In this document: positions 10,601 through 24,700 of the stretch, piece by piece
How positions within the stretch are numbered: position 1 is the first letter of the stretch
Layout: each line of letters starts with the position of its first letter
Assembly: GCA_032718475.1 (NCBI GenBank)
Contig: JAUCBJ010008016.1
Location: 1 to 64,000, forward strand
Source: Nemertoderma westbladi
Lineage: Eukaryota > Animalia > Xenacoelomorpha
Direction of reading: 5' to 3'
Length of the DNA stretch: 64,000 nt
Program-made: the position numbers and the translations under genes
The notes under the pieces: generated by a model
What the model was told of the DNA's origin: nothing
Database searches by the model: none
What the model saw: the letters and a program-made list of their open reading frames with translations, nothing else

Positions 10601-13600
10601 CCACGATATACTTACTGTATCGGTAGGCGGTGTCCCGTCATGTCTACTCTACTCTACCACGATATACTTACTGTACCGGTAGGCGGTGTCTCGTCGTGTC
10701 TACTCTACTCTACCACGATATACTTACTGTATCGGTAGGCGGTGTCCCGTCGTGTCTACTCTACTCTACCACGATATACTTACTGTATCGGTAGGCGGTG
10801 TCTCGTCGTGTCTACTCTACTCTACCACGATATACTTACTGTATCGGTAGGCGGTGTCCCGTTGTGTCTACTCTACTCTACCACGATATACTTACTGTAT
10901 TGGTAGGCGGTGTCTCGTCGTGTCTACTCTACTCTACCACGATATACTTACTGTATCGGTAGGCGGTGTCTCGTCGTGTCTACTCTACTGTACCACGATA
11001 TACTTACTGTACCGGTAGGCGGTGTCTCGTCGTGTCTACTCTACCACGATATACTTACTGTATCGGTGGGCGGTGTCCAGTCGTGTCTACTCTACTCTAC
11101 CACGATATACTTACTGTACCGGTAGGCGGTGTCTCGTCGTGTCTACTCTACTCTACCACGATATACTTACTGTATCGGTAGGCGGTGTCTCGTCGTGTCT
11201 ACTCTACTGTACCACGATATACTTACTGTACCGGTAGGCGGTGTCTTGTCGTGTCTACTCTACCACGATATACTTACTGTATCGGTAGGCGGTGTCCCGT
11301 CGTCTCTACTCTACTCTACCACGATATACTTACTGTATCGGTAGGCGGTGTCTCGTCGTGTCTACTCTACTGTACCACGATATACTTACTGTACCGGTAG
11401 GCGGTGTCTTGTCGTGTCTACTCTACCACGATATACTTACTGTATCGGTAGGCGGTGTCCCGTCGTCTCTACTCTACTCTACCACGATATACTTACTGTA
11501 TCGGTAGGCGGTGTCTCGTCGTGTCTACTCTACTCTACCACGATATACTTACTGTATCGGTAGGCGGTGTCCCGTCGTGTCAACTCTACTCTACCACGAT
11601 ATACTTACTGTATCGGTAGGCGGTGTCTCGTCGTGTCTACTCTACTCTACCACGATATACTTACTGTATCGGTAGGCGGTGTCCCGTCGTCTCTACTCTA
11701 CTCTACCACGATATACTTACTGTATCGGTAGGCGGTGTCTCGTCGTGTCTACTCTACCACGATATACTTACTGTATCGGTAGGCGGTGTCTCGTCGTGTC
11801 TACTCTACTCTACCACGATATACTTACTGTATCGGTAGGCGGTGTCTCGTCGTGTCTACTCTACCACGATATACTTACTGTATCGGTAGGCAGTGTCCCG
11901 TCGTCTCTACTCTACTCTACCACGATATACTTACTGTATCGGTAGGCGGTGTCTCGTCGTGTCTACTCTACCACGATATACTTACTGTATCGGTAGGCGG
12001 TGTCTCGTCGTGTCTACTCTACTCTACCACGATATACTTACTGTATCGGTAGGCGGTGTCCCGTCGTGTCAACTCTACTCTACCACGATATACTTACTGT
12101 ATCGGTAGGCGGTGTCTCGTCGTATCTACTCTACTCTACCACGATATACTTACTGTATCGGTAGGCGGTGTCCCGTCGTGTCTACTCTACTCTACCACGA
12201 TATACTTACTGTATCGGTAGGCGGTGTCCCGTCGTGTCTACTCTACTCTACCACGATATACTTACTGTATCGGTAGGCGGTGTCTCGTCGTGTCTACTCT
12301 ACTCTACCTCGATATACTTACTGTATCGGTAGGCGGTGTCCCGTCGTGTCTACTCTACTCTACCACGATATACTTACTGTATCGGTAGGCGGTGTCTCGT
12401 CGTGTCTACTCTACTCTACCACGATATACTTACTGTATCGGTAGGCGGTGTCCCGTCGTGTCTACTCTACTCTACCACGATATACTTACTGTATCGGTAG
12501 GCGGTGTCTCGTCGTGTCTACTCTACTCTACCTCGATATACTTACTGTATCGGTAGGCGGTGTCTCGTCGTGTCTACTCTACCACGATATACTTACTGTA
12601 TCGGTAGGCGGTGTCCAGTCGTGTCTACTCTACTCTACCACGATATACTTACTGTACCGGTAGGCGGTGTCTTGTCGTGTCTACTCTACCACGATATACT
12701 TACTGTATCGGTGGGCGGTGTCCCGTCGTGTCTACTCTACTCTACCACGATATACTTACTGTATCGGTAGGCGGTGTCTCGTCGTGTCTACTCTACTGTA
12801 CCACGATATACTTACTGTACCGGTAGGCGGTGTCTTGTCGTGTCTACTCTACCACGATATACTTACTGTATCGGTAGGCGGTGTCTCGTCGTGTCTACTC
12901 TACTCTACCACGATATACTTACTGTATCGGTAGGCGGTGTCTCGTCGTGTCTACTCTACTGTACCACGATATACTCACTGTACCGGTAGGCGGTGTCTCG
13001 TCGTGTCTACTCTACCACGATATACTTACTGTATCGGTGGGCGGTGTCCCGTCGTGTCTACTCTACTCTACCACGATATACTTACTGTATCGGTGGGCGG
13101 TGTCTCGTCGTGTCTACTCTACTCTACCTCGATATACTTACTGTATCGGTAGGCAGTGTCCCGTCGTCTCTACTCTACTCTACCACGATATACTTACTGT
13201 ATCGGTAGGCGGTGTCTCGTCGTGTCTACTCTACTCTACCACAATATACTTACTGTATCGGTAGGCGGTGTCCCGTCGTGTCTACTCTACCACGATATAC
13301 TTACTGTATCGGTAGGCGGTGTCTCGTCGTGTCTACTCTACTCTACCACGATATACTTACTGTATCGGTAGTCGGTGTCCCGTCGTGTCTACTTGACTCT
13401 ACCACGATATACTTACTGTATCGGTAGGCGGTGTCCCGTCGTGTCTACTCTACTCTACCACGATATACTTACTGTATCGGTAGGCGGTGTCTCGTCGTGT
13501 CTACTCTACTCTACCACGATATACTTACTGTATCGGTGGGCGGTGTCTCGTCGTGTCTACTCTACTCTACCTCGATATACTTACTGTATCGGTAGGCAGT

Positions 13601-16600
13601 GTCCCGTCGTCTCTACTCTACTCTACCACGATATACTTACTGTATCGGTAGGCGGTGTCTCGTCATGTCTACTCTACTCTACCACGATATACTTACTGTA
13701 CCGGTAGGCGGTGTCCCGTCGTGTCTACTCTACTCTACCACGATATACTTACTGTATCGGTAGGCGGTGTCCCGTCATGTCTACTCTACTCTACCACGAT
13801 ATACTTACTGTACCGGTAGGCGGTGTCTCGTCGTGTCTACTCTACTCTACCACGATATACTTACTGTATCGGTAGGCGGTGTCCCGTCGTGTCTACTCTA
13901 CTCTACCACGATATACTTACTGTATCGGTAGGCGGTGTCTCGTCGTGTCTACTCTACTCTACCACGATATACTTACTGTATCGGTAGGCGGTGTCCCGTT
14001 GTGTCTACTCTACTCTACCACGATATACTTACTGTATTGGTAGGCGGTGTCTCGTCGTGTCTACTCTACTCTACCACGATATACTTACTGTATCGGTAGG
14101 CGGTGTCTCGTCGTGTCTACTCTACTGTACCACGATATACTTACTGTACCGGTAGGCGGTGTCTCGTCGTGTCTACTCTACCACGATATACTTACTGTAT
14201 CGGTGGGCGGTGTCCAGTCGTGTCTACTCTACTCTACCACGATATACTTACTGTACCGGTAGGCGGTGTCTCGTCGTGTCTACTCTACTCTACCACGATA
14301 TACTTACTGTATCGGTAGGCGGTGTCTCGTCGTGTCTACTCTACTGTACCACGATATACTTACTGTACCGGTAGGCGGTGTCTTGTCGTGTCTACTCTAC
14401 CACGATATACTTACTGTATCGGTAGGCGGTGTCCCGTCGTCTCTACTCTACTCTACCACGATATACTTACTGTATCGGTAGGCGGTGTCTCGTCGTGTCT
14501 ACTCTACTGTACCACGATATACTTACTGTACCGGTAGGCGGTGTCTTGTCGTGTCTACTCTACCACGATATACTTACTGTATCGGTAGGCGGTGTCCCGT
14601 CGTCTCTACTCTACTCTACCACGATATACTTACTGTATCGGTAGGCGGTGTCTCGTCGTGTCTACTCTACTCTACCACGATATACTTACTGTATCGGTAG
14701 GCGGTGTCCCGTCGTGTCAACTCTACTCTACCACGATATACTTACTGTATCGGTAGGCGGTGTCTCGTCGTGTCTACTCTACTCTACCACGATATACTTA
14801 CTGTATCGGTAGGCGGTGTCCCGTCGTCTCTACTCTACTCTACCACGATATACTTACTGTATCGGTAGGCGGTGTCTCGTCGTGTCTACTCTACCACGAT
14901 ATACTTACTGTATCGGTAGGCGGTGTCTCGTCGTGTCTACTCTACTCTACCACGATATACTTACTGTATCGGTAGGCGGTGTCTCGTCGTGTCTACTCTA
15001 CCACGATATACTTACTGTATCGGTAGGCAGTGTCCCGTCGTCTCTACTCTACTCTACCACGATATACTTACTGTATCGGTAGGCGGTGTCTCGTCGTGTC
15101 TACTCTACCACGATATACTTACTGTATCGGTAGGCGGTGTCTCGTCGTGTCTACTCTACTCTACCACGATATACTTACTGTATCGGTAGGCGGTGTCCCG
15201 TCGTGTCAACTCTACTCTACCACGATATACTTACTGTATCGGTAGGCGGTGTCTCGTCGTATCTACTCTACTCTACCACGATATACTTACTGTATCGGTA
15301 GGCGGTGTCCCGTCGTGTCTACTCTACTCTACCACGATATACTTACTGTATCGGTAGGCGGTGTCCCGTCGTGTCTACTCTACTCTACCACGATATACTT
15401 ACTGTATCGGTAGGCGGTGTCTCGTCGTGTCTACTCTACTCTACCTCGATATACTTACTGTATCGGTAGGCGGTGTCCCGTCGTGTCTACTCTACTCTAC
15501 CACGATATACTTACTGTATCGGTAGGCGGTGTCTCGTCGTGTCTACTCTACTCTACCACGATATACTTACTGTATCGGTAGGCGGTGTCCCGTCGTGTCT
15601 ACTCTACTCTACCACGATATACTTACTGTATCGGTAGGCGGTGTCTCGTCGTGTCTACTCTACTCTACCTCGATATACTTACTGTATCGGTAGGCGGTGT
15701 CTCGTCGTGTCTACTCTACCACGATATACTTACTGTATCGGTAGGCGGTGTCCCGTCGTGTCTACTCTACTCTACCACGATATACTTACTGTATCGGTAG
15801 GCGGTGTCTCGTCGTGTCTACTCTACTCTACCTCGATATACTTACTGTATCGGTAGGCGGTGTCCCGTCGTGTCTACTCTACTCTACCACGATATACTTA
15901 CTGTATCGGTAGGCGGTGTCTCGTCGTGTCTACTCTACTCTACCTCGATATACTTACTGTATCGGTAGGCGGTGTCCCGTCGTGTCTACTCTACTCTACC
16001 ACGATATACTTACTGTATCGGTAGGCGGTGTCTCGTCGTGTCTACTCTACTCTACCTCGATATACTTACTGTATCGGTAGGCGGTGTCTCGTCGTGTCTA
16101 CTCTACCACGATATACTTACTGTATCGGTAGGCGGTGTCCCGTCGTCTCTACTCTACTCTACCACGATATACTTACTGTATCGGTAGGCGGTGTCTCGTC
16201 GTGTCTACTCTACCACGATATACTTACTGTATCGGTAGGCGGTGTCTCGTCGTGTCTACTCTACTCTACCACGATATACTTACTGTATCGGTAGGCGGTG
16301 TCCCGTCGTGTCAACTCTACTCTACCACGATATACTTACTGTATCGGTAGGCGGTGTCTCGTCGTATCTACTCTACTCTACCACGATATACTTACTGTAT
16401 CGGTAGGCGGTGTCCCGTCGTGTCTACTCTACTCTACCACGATATACTTACTGTATCGGTAGGCGGTGTCCCGTCGTGTCTACTCTACTCTACCACGATA
16501 TACTTACTGTATCGGTAGGCGGTGTCTCGTCGTGTCTACTCTACTCTACCTCGATATACTTACTGTATCGGTAGGCGGTGTCCCGTCGTGTCTACTCTAC

Positions 16601-19600
16601 TCTACCACGATATACTTACTGTATCGGTAGGCGGTGTCTCGTCATGTCTACTCTACTCTACCACGATATACTTACTGTACCGGTAGGCGGTGTCCCGTCG
16701 TGTCTACTCTACTCTACCACGATATACTTACTGTATCGGTAGGCGGTGTCCCGTCATGTCTACTCTACTCTACCACGATATACTTACTGTACCGGTAGGC
16801 GGTGTCTCGTCGTGTCTACTCTACTCTACCACGATATACTTACTGTATCGGTAGGCGGTGTCCCGTCGTGTCTACTCTACTCTACCACGATATACTTACT
16901 GTATCGGTAGGCGGTGTCTCGTCGTGTCTACTCTACTCTACCACGATATACTTACTGTATCGGTAGGCGGTGTCCCGTTGTGTCTACTCTACTCTACCAC
17001 GATATACTTACTGTATTGGTAGGCGGTGTCTCGTCGTGTCTACTCTACTCTACCACGATATACTTACTGTATCGGTAGGCGGTGTCTCGTCGTGTCTACT
17101 CTACTGTACCACGATATACTTACTGTACCGGTAGGCGGTGTCTCGTCGTGTCTACTCTACCACGATATACTTACTGTATCGGTGGGCGGTGTCCAGTCGT
17201 GTCTACTCTACTCTACCACGATATACTTACTGTACCGGTAGGCGGTGTCTCGTCGTGTCTACTCTACTCTACCACGATATACTTACTGTATCGGTAGGCG
17301 GTGTCTCGTCGTGTCTACTCTACTGTACCACGATATACTTACTGTACCGGTAGGCGGTGTCTTGTCGTGTCTACTCTACCACGATATACTTACTGTATCG
17401 GTAGGCGGTGTCCCGTCGTCTCTACTCTACTCTACCACGATATACTTACTGTATCGGTAGGCGGTGTCTCGTCGTGTCTACTCTACTGTACCACGATATA
17501 CTTACTGTACCGGTAGGCGGTGTCTTGTCGTGTCTACTCTACCACGATATACTTACTGTATCGGTAGGCGGTGTCCCGTCGTCTCTACTCTACTCTACCA
17601 CGATATACTTACTGTATCGGTAGGCGGTGTCTCGTCGTGTCTACTCTACTCTACCACGATATACTTACTGTATCGGTAGGCGGTGTCCCGTCGTGTCAAC
17701 TCTACTCTACCACGATATACTTACTGTATCGGTAGGCGGTGTCTCGTCGTGTCTACTCTACTCTACCACGATATACTTACTGTATCGGTAGGCGGTGTCC
17801 CGTCGTCTCTACTCTACTCTACCACGATATACTTACTGTATCGGTAGGCGGTGTCTCGTCGTGTCTACTCTACCACGATATACTTACTGTATCGGTAGGC
17901 GGTGTCTCGTCGTGTCTACTCTACTCTACCACGATATACTTACTGTATCGGTAGGCGGTGTCTCGTCGTGTCTACTCTACCACGATATACTTACTGTATC
18001 GGTAGGCAGTGTCCCGTCGTCTCTACTCTACTCTACCACGATATACTTACTGTATCGGTAGGCGGTGTCTCGTCGTGTCTACTCTACCACGATATACTTA
18101 CTGTATCGGTAGGCGGTGTCTCGTCGTGTCTACTCTACTCTACCACGATATACTTACTGTATCGGTAGGCGGTGTCCCGTCGTGTCAACTCTACTCTACC
18201 ACGATATACTTACTGTATCGGTAGGCGGTGTCTCGTCGTATCTACTCTACTCTACCACGATATACTTACTGTATCGGTAGGCGGTGTCCCGTCGTGTCTA
18301 CTCTACTCTACCACGATATACTTACTGTATCGGTAGGCGGTGTCCCGTCGTGTCTACTCTACTCTACCACGATATACTTACTGTATCGGTAGGCGGTGTC
18401 TCGTCGTGTCTACTCTACTCTACCTCGATATACTTACTGTATCGGTAGGCGGTGTCCCGTCGTGTCTACTCTACTCTACCACGATATACTTACTGTATCG
18501 GTAGGCGGTGTCTCGTCGTGTCTACTCTACTCTACCACGATATACTTACTGTATCGGTAGGCGGTGTCCCGTCGTGTCTACTCTACTCTACCACGATATA
18601 CTTACTGTATCGGTAGGCGGTGTCTCGTCGTGTCTACTCTACTCTACCTCGATATACTTACTGTATCGGTAGGCGGTGTCTCGTCGTGTCTACTCTACCA
18701 CGATATACTTACTGTATCGGTAGGCGGTGTCCCGTCGTGTCTACTCTACTCTACCACGATATACTTACTGTATCGGTAGGCGGTGTCTCGTCGTGTCTAC
18801 TCTACTCTACCTCGATATACTTACTGTATCGGTAGGCGGTGTCCCGTCGTGTCTACTCTACTCTACCACGATATACTTACTGTATCGGTAGGCGGTGTCT
18901 CGTCGTGTCTACTCTACTCTACCTCGATATACTTACTGTATCGGTAGGCGGTGTCCCGTCGTGTCTACTCTACTCTACCACGATATACTTACTGTATCGG
19001 TAGGCGGTGTCTCGTCGTGTCTACTCTACTCTACCTCGATATACTTACTGTATCGGTAGGCGGTGTCTCGTCGTGTCTACTCTACCACGATATACTTACT
19101 GTATCGGTAGGCGGTGTCCCGTCGTCTCTACTCTACTCTACCACGATATACTTACTGTATCGGTAGGCGGTGTCTCGTCGTGTCTACTCTACCACGATAT
19201 ACTTACTGTATCGGTAGGCGGTGTCTCGTCGTGTCTACTCTACTCTACCACGATATACTTACTGTATCGGTAGGCGGTGTCCCGTCGTGTCAACTCTACT
19301 CTACCACGATATACTTACTGTATCGGTAGGCGGTGTCTCGTCGTATCTACTCTACTCTACCACGATATACTTACTGTATCGGTAGGCGGTGTCCCGTCGT
19401 GTCTACTCTACTCTACCACGATATACTTACTGTATCGGTAGGCGGTGTCCCGTCGTGTCTACTCTACTCTACCACGATATACTTACTGTATCGGTAGGCG
19501 GTGTCTCGTCGTGTCTACTCTACTCTACCTCGATATACTTACTGTATCGGTAGGCGGTGTCCCGTCGTGTCTACTCTACTCTACCACGATATACTTACTG

Positions 19601-19800
19601 TATCGGTAGGCGGTGTCTCGTCGTGTCTACTCTACTCTACCACGATATACTTACTGTATCGGTAGGCGGTGTCCCGTCGTGTCTACTCTACTCTACCACG
19701 ATATACTTACTGTATCGGTAGGCGGTGTCTCGTCGTGTCTACTCTACTCTACCACGATATACTTACTGTATCGGTAGGCGGTGTCCCGTCGTGTCTACTC
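7659..19800. repeat. Tandem array of 56-bp units (51-bp variant), about 220 copies, with higher-order repeats
   Basis: Consensus gtaggcggtgtcYcgtcgtgtctactc(tactc)taccacgatatacttactgtatcg. Rare variants recur at 3137-bp and 2979-bp spacing. Confidence 0.98.
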
Positions 19801-19967
19801 TGCCAGTCTCCGACCTCATTAAGGACATTTAGGACGGTATCCAAGGTTTCCTTACTGGCCGCCTCCGCTGGCTCCAATGAGCCCAAGTTGCCGTCGATTT
19901 TACCCAATAAGTTCTCCACAACGGGAACTATTCCGCTACCGGCCTCCTCGGATACGAGATTACTTAA
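19767..19967 (-). CDS. Coding exon of unidentified host gene (67 codons, LSNLVSEEAG...QSRHDGTPPTDT)
   Basis: Acceptor gttgttgtttcag, open frame, donor ACA|GTAAGT. GC-richer than the flanking intron. Its 3' end is the terminal unit of the tandem array. Confidence 0.75.
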
Positions 19968-20426
19968 CTGAAACAACAACGGGGAGTCGGAATAAAAATT
20001 AAAAAAATAATAAATGAAATCCATTAAATAATAAAATGTATCTTGATTTTACATTTATTTAATACGGAATTTACCTAATTAATAAAATTACTTTGAATTA
20101 AGTTATAATATTTCAGATTAAGTTTTTTAGATTAAATTTTGTTTTAATTACTAGCTAAAAATAATAATGATATACAGTATACAATAAGAACCATTATTAT
20201 TATATTGAAACTTAAGGGCCCCAAAATTTACTGGAACCAAACAAGTAATATTGCAAAGGAGATTCAGCAATATCAAATTTGTTATTAAATTTAATAATTT
20301 TAACGGAATTATAATATAATACATTATAAATAAAACTGATTACTTTGATAAACCAGAGCTACGGCACTACGGCGACATTAGTGCACTACTTTATATGTAA
20401 AGGAGAAGACTACAACAAGGAGTAAA

Positions 20427-21725
20427 ATGTCACATTCCCAATCGACTACCTCTACCAGCAAGGCTCCCGCTGCTGATTCTGAAAAATTAAGACGGCAAAG
20501 CACTGCTGGATGCAGTAATAACCCGAGACGAAGCAGCAACAAATCCCTGGTGAATCCACAGGCGGCGGCAGTTCCACCACAAAGTGGATTGCGCAACGAC
20601 GGACTTACTGAAATCGAGGTTGTCTGCTCCGGCGCATCATGCAGTGTTACAATGATCTGCATCGCTAAACGAGGCACAGATTTCGGCCTTGTTGATTTCT
20701 ACTGTGGACAATGTGTTGGTCAGCGTCTAACAAAGGTTGCCAAGGATTTTGAAAAGCTAGAATTGCGACTGGATGATAAATTACTTCAATTCGAAGAAGA
20801 AGTTGAGCACCTTCGTATGCAATCGATTAGACAGGAGCAAGTAATTGGAGATAATAATCAAAAGGCTCATACGAGGATAAATGAGTTGCGAGATGTTATT
20901 GGAAGTAAAGCAGAGGAAAGTCAAAAGAAGATAGATGATCTTGAAACTAAAGTAATGAATGTTAAGGACTGCACCAACAAGTATAATGTCAGTAGTCAAC
21001 CGGAAGAAGTCAATGGTGGCCAATGGACCAAGGTATCATATTCTGCGAAGGTAAAAACACCTCGAAATAGTAATGGTACGAATATCGCCATTCTCTCGAA
21101 ACAAATAAAATTAGAGGAGGAGGAACATAACAAACGCAAAACGAATGTTGTCGTTAAGGGATTGAGAGGTCACGATGACAAGGCACAAGTTATTGACATT
21201 CCTGCATATCTGGACATCCAATTATCCAAAGAAGAAATAACGACTAAGCCTGTATCCAAACAGCCATTGTCTAACCAACAAAGTAAACTGCTGATAGTAA
21301 CTGTTCCACGGGAGAAAAGATCATCTCTCTTAAGGAAAGCTCTAGAATTGCGTCACTCTGATAGATATGACAATATATATATTACACCGGACTATACCCC
21401 AGAAGAAAGTAGATCACAGTTCGAGTTACGTGAGGAACGGCGGCGACTAATGGTTGCGTACCCAGATAAATACTGGGTAATAAATAAAGGGTCGGTAGTA
21501 GAGAGTCCACGGAGCACAATTCATAGGAGTAAGTCTGTTATGGTCAAACCGTCAAATGGTCCGGCAGATATCACTACTCCGTCATCGCAGGCTGACCACG
21601 ACGCGACAACAACAGCTCACCAAATAGTTGATCTCACCAACCCCTCTCCAAACGCCCACTCAAATAGTGAACAGCAATCTCGCACTCGGCAGAGCTTTGA
21701 GGACCTAGTTACAAAGACTGATTGA
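20427..21725 (+). CDS. LINE ORF1 (Cys cluster, coiled coil, RRM-like and CTD-like motifs)
   Basis: 432 aa. CSGASC...FYCGQC, heptad region, RKTNVVVKGL and IYITPDYTPEE motifs typical of CR1/L2-group ORF1; directly upstream of APE-RT. Confidence 0.82.
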   Translation: MSHSQSTTSTSKAPAADSEKLRRQSTAGCSNNPRRSSNKSLVNPQAAAVPPQSGLRNDGLTEIEVVCSGASCSVTMICIAKRGTDFGLVDFYCGQCVGQRLTKVAKDFEKLELRLDDKLLQFEEEVEHLRMQSIRQEQVIGDNNQKAHTRINELRDVIGSKAEESQKKIDDLETKVMNVKDCTNKYNVSSQPEEVNGGQWTKVSYSAKVKTPRNSNGTNIAILSKQIKLEEEEHNKRKTNVVVKGLRGHDDKAQVIDIPAYLDIQLSKEEITTKPVSKQPLSNQQSKLLIVTVPREKRSSLLRKALELRHSDRYDNIYITPDYTPEESRSQFELREERRRLMVAYPDKYWVINKGSVVESPRSTIHRSKSVMVKPSNGPADITTPSSQADHDATTTAHQIVDLTNPSPNAHSNSEQQSRTRQSFEDLVTKTD

Positions 21726-21740
21726 CAACCAACCATCCCG

Positions 21741-24700
21741 ATGAGCATGAACTCGAACCATCTTGAACCGAAATACACTGCTGTATGTTTGTATAATGCT
21801 CGATCCATTAATAACAAAGCGGCAATTATTAAAGATCACATTGTAGATGATAGAATAGACATCCTTGCGATAACGGAAGCGTGGTTAAAGGGTGATGAGA
21901 GCGATAACCAAGTAACAAACGAAATATGTCCTAAAGGATACGTTATAGAACACAATCCTAGAACATCCACGAGAGGTGGAGGAGTAGCTTGTGTTTTCAA
22001 ACGGTGTCTCAAATTAAAAACGTGTGCCGCTAGTGAGTTTGTGTATTCTACATTTGAATATATTGAATTAACATTCACCCAACTTGGATCTGTTATTAGG
22101 CTTATTATATTGTACCGCACCTGCCCTTCGCCTAAAAACGGACTCACTGCAGCATTATTCTTTGAACAATTCGCTGAGTTTCTGCAGCACATTATAGTTC
22201 TTCCGGGTAGAATACTATTATTGGGTGATTTCAACTTTCATGTTGATGTCTGCGATAACAAGGATGCCGCCGAGTTTCTTGACATTTTAAATTGCTTTGG
22301 ATTGGTACAGTTAGTAAATCAACCAACCCACATAAAGGGCCATACACTAGATCTGGTGCTAGTACACACTGACGACCAGAATATCGTTTGCAACGTTTTT
22401 GTACGAAATATAGGTTTATCCGACCACTTTGCAGTCTACTTTAACTTGAATTTCACTAAACCAGCCGATATATCACAGACAATAAGTTACCGAAATATAA
22501 GTAAAATAAACGGTAATCTGTTTTTGGAGGATTTAAAACATTCACCAGTATGCGACTCTCCTTCTGGTGATATTAATGGAGTTATTAAAATGTATAATGA
22601 TAACCTAATGAACATACTCGATAAACACGCCCCATTACAAACAAAAACTGTTTCCATGAGGCCGAAGGCAAATTGGTACACTGATGAGATTAACGACGCA
22701 AAAAGAAAACGCAGAAGATTGGAGCGCCGATATCGAAAGACGAATATCTGTGCTGATTGTATCGCCTATCGCCTACAGTGCACGGTGGTTGCCAATACCA
22801 TAGCGTCAGCAAAAGAGACATATTATAGTAACATTATAAAGAATAATGCAGGTGATCAACGAAAACTATTTTCAGTGGCTGCCAAAATACTTTATCGTAA
22901 AAACAAAAGTACATTGCCTTCACACGAGGATGATGAAAAACATGTTTATGGAATTCTTTGACAAGAAAATAAAGGATATTAGATATGACTTATTATCTGG
23001 AAATGGCGGTTCTACTTCACGGGGCGTTGATGATCTGGGGGCTCCTACGGAGGGCGCTATCAAACTGGGTGTTCCTATGGGGGGCGCTACTGAATTGGGC
23101 ATTCCTACGGGGGGTGATACTGGACTGGGCGCTCCTACAGGGGAATCATCAGACCAGGGCGTTCCTACGGGGGGAGCATCTGACCTGGGCATTCCTACAG
23201 GGGGTGCTGCTGGACTGGGTGTTTCTACGGGGGGTGCAACTGGACTGGGCGTTCCTACGGGGGGACCATCTGACCTGGGCATTCCTACAGGGGGTGCTGC
23301 TGGACTGGGTGTTTCTACGGGGGGTGCAACTGGACTGGGCGTTCCTACGGGGGGCTCATCTGAACTGGGCATTCCTATTGGGGGACCATCTGACCTGGGC
23401 ATTCTTACGGGTGAAGCATCGGATCTGGGTGTTCCTACAGGGGGCGCTAGTGAACTGGGCGTTCCTATGGGGGGCGCAACCAACCTGGGCATTTCTACGG
23501 GGGGTGTTACTGGACTGGGCGCTCCTATGGGGGGGGGGGGGGGCTACTGAACTGGGCATTCATACGGGGGCCGCTACGGGACTGGGCGTTCCTACGGGGT
23601 GCGCAACTAACCTAGGCATACCTACGGGGGGCGCTACGGGACTGGGCGTTCCTACGGGTATGGGGGGCGCAACCAACGGTAAAGGAAACAATATTCCCAA
23701 ATTGGAACACTTTAATAAAATAACAATGGATGAGGCAGAAAAGCTAATAAAGAACTCAAAATCTAAATCTAGTACCATGGATCCGATTTCCACGCAATTA
23801 GTAAAACATTCAATAAAATTGTTGCTACCAGTGATTATGTTAATTATTAATTTATCAATTACAACTGCTACTGTGCCGACTCTATTCAAGGAAGCTGTGT
23901 TAACACCAGTCATAAAGAAAGCACGATTAAACCCTGAGATACTTAGGAACTTTAGGCCGGTGTCTAATCTGATATATTTAGCAAAGTTAACAGAAAGGGT
24001 GATTGCAAACCAGCTGATGACTCATATGAACATAAATAAATTGTATGAACCTTTACAGAGCGCGTACAGACCCTTACACGGAACGGAGACCGCGTTGCTT
24101 AAGGTAAGCGACGACATATTACGCAAAATCGATTCGGGATCGGGAGTACTTCTCGTCTTATTAGACCTTAGTGCTGCCTTCGACACGGTCGACCACGTTA
24201 AACTGTTGGACACTCTAGATCGAGAAATCGGGGTTGAGGGAATCGCCCTGGACTGGTTCAGATCGTACTTGTCGAATAGGTCACAACAGGTTCGCATTAA
24301 TGCAAAATATTCGAACCGGTTGGATTTGCTGTACGGGCTGCCACAAGGATCGGTACTTGGGCCTATATTATTTTCGATATACACTCGTTCGCTTTCAAAT
24401 GTTATTCGCAACCACGGCCTCTCGTATCATTTGTACGCGGACGATACACAGCTATACATTAGTTTTAAACCTATTAATTCGTCCGTCGCTGTTGAGGTGA
24501 CTGAACGTTGCGTGGCCGATGTAAAGAAGTGGATGGAAGATAATTTATTGAAAATGAACTCAGATAAAACGGAGATTATCCTTCTGCAGTCCCGTTTCGG
24601 TAAACAACTAACGCCCCCTAACATACAAATAGGGGATGACCTGATCAGCTGCAGCGACAAGGCACGTAATATAGGTTTCATCGTGGATTCAAATCTGACA

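Noticed and set aside
7659-19800. CRISPR array
   Set aside because: Units are contiguous with no unique spacers, there are no cas genes, and the context is eukaryotic.
7666-19971. Dozens of 67-127 aa plus-strand ORFs (MSRRVYSTLP...)
   Set aside because: Artefacts of translating the 56/51-bp repeat from GTG starts.
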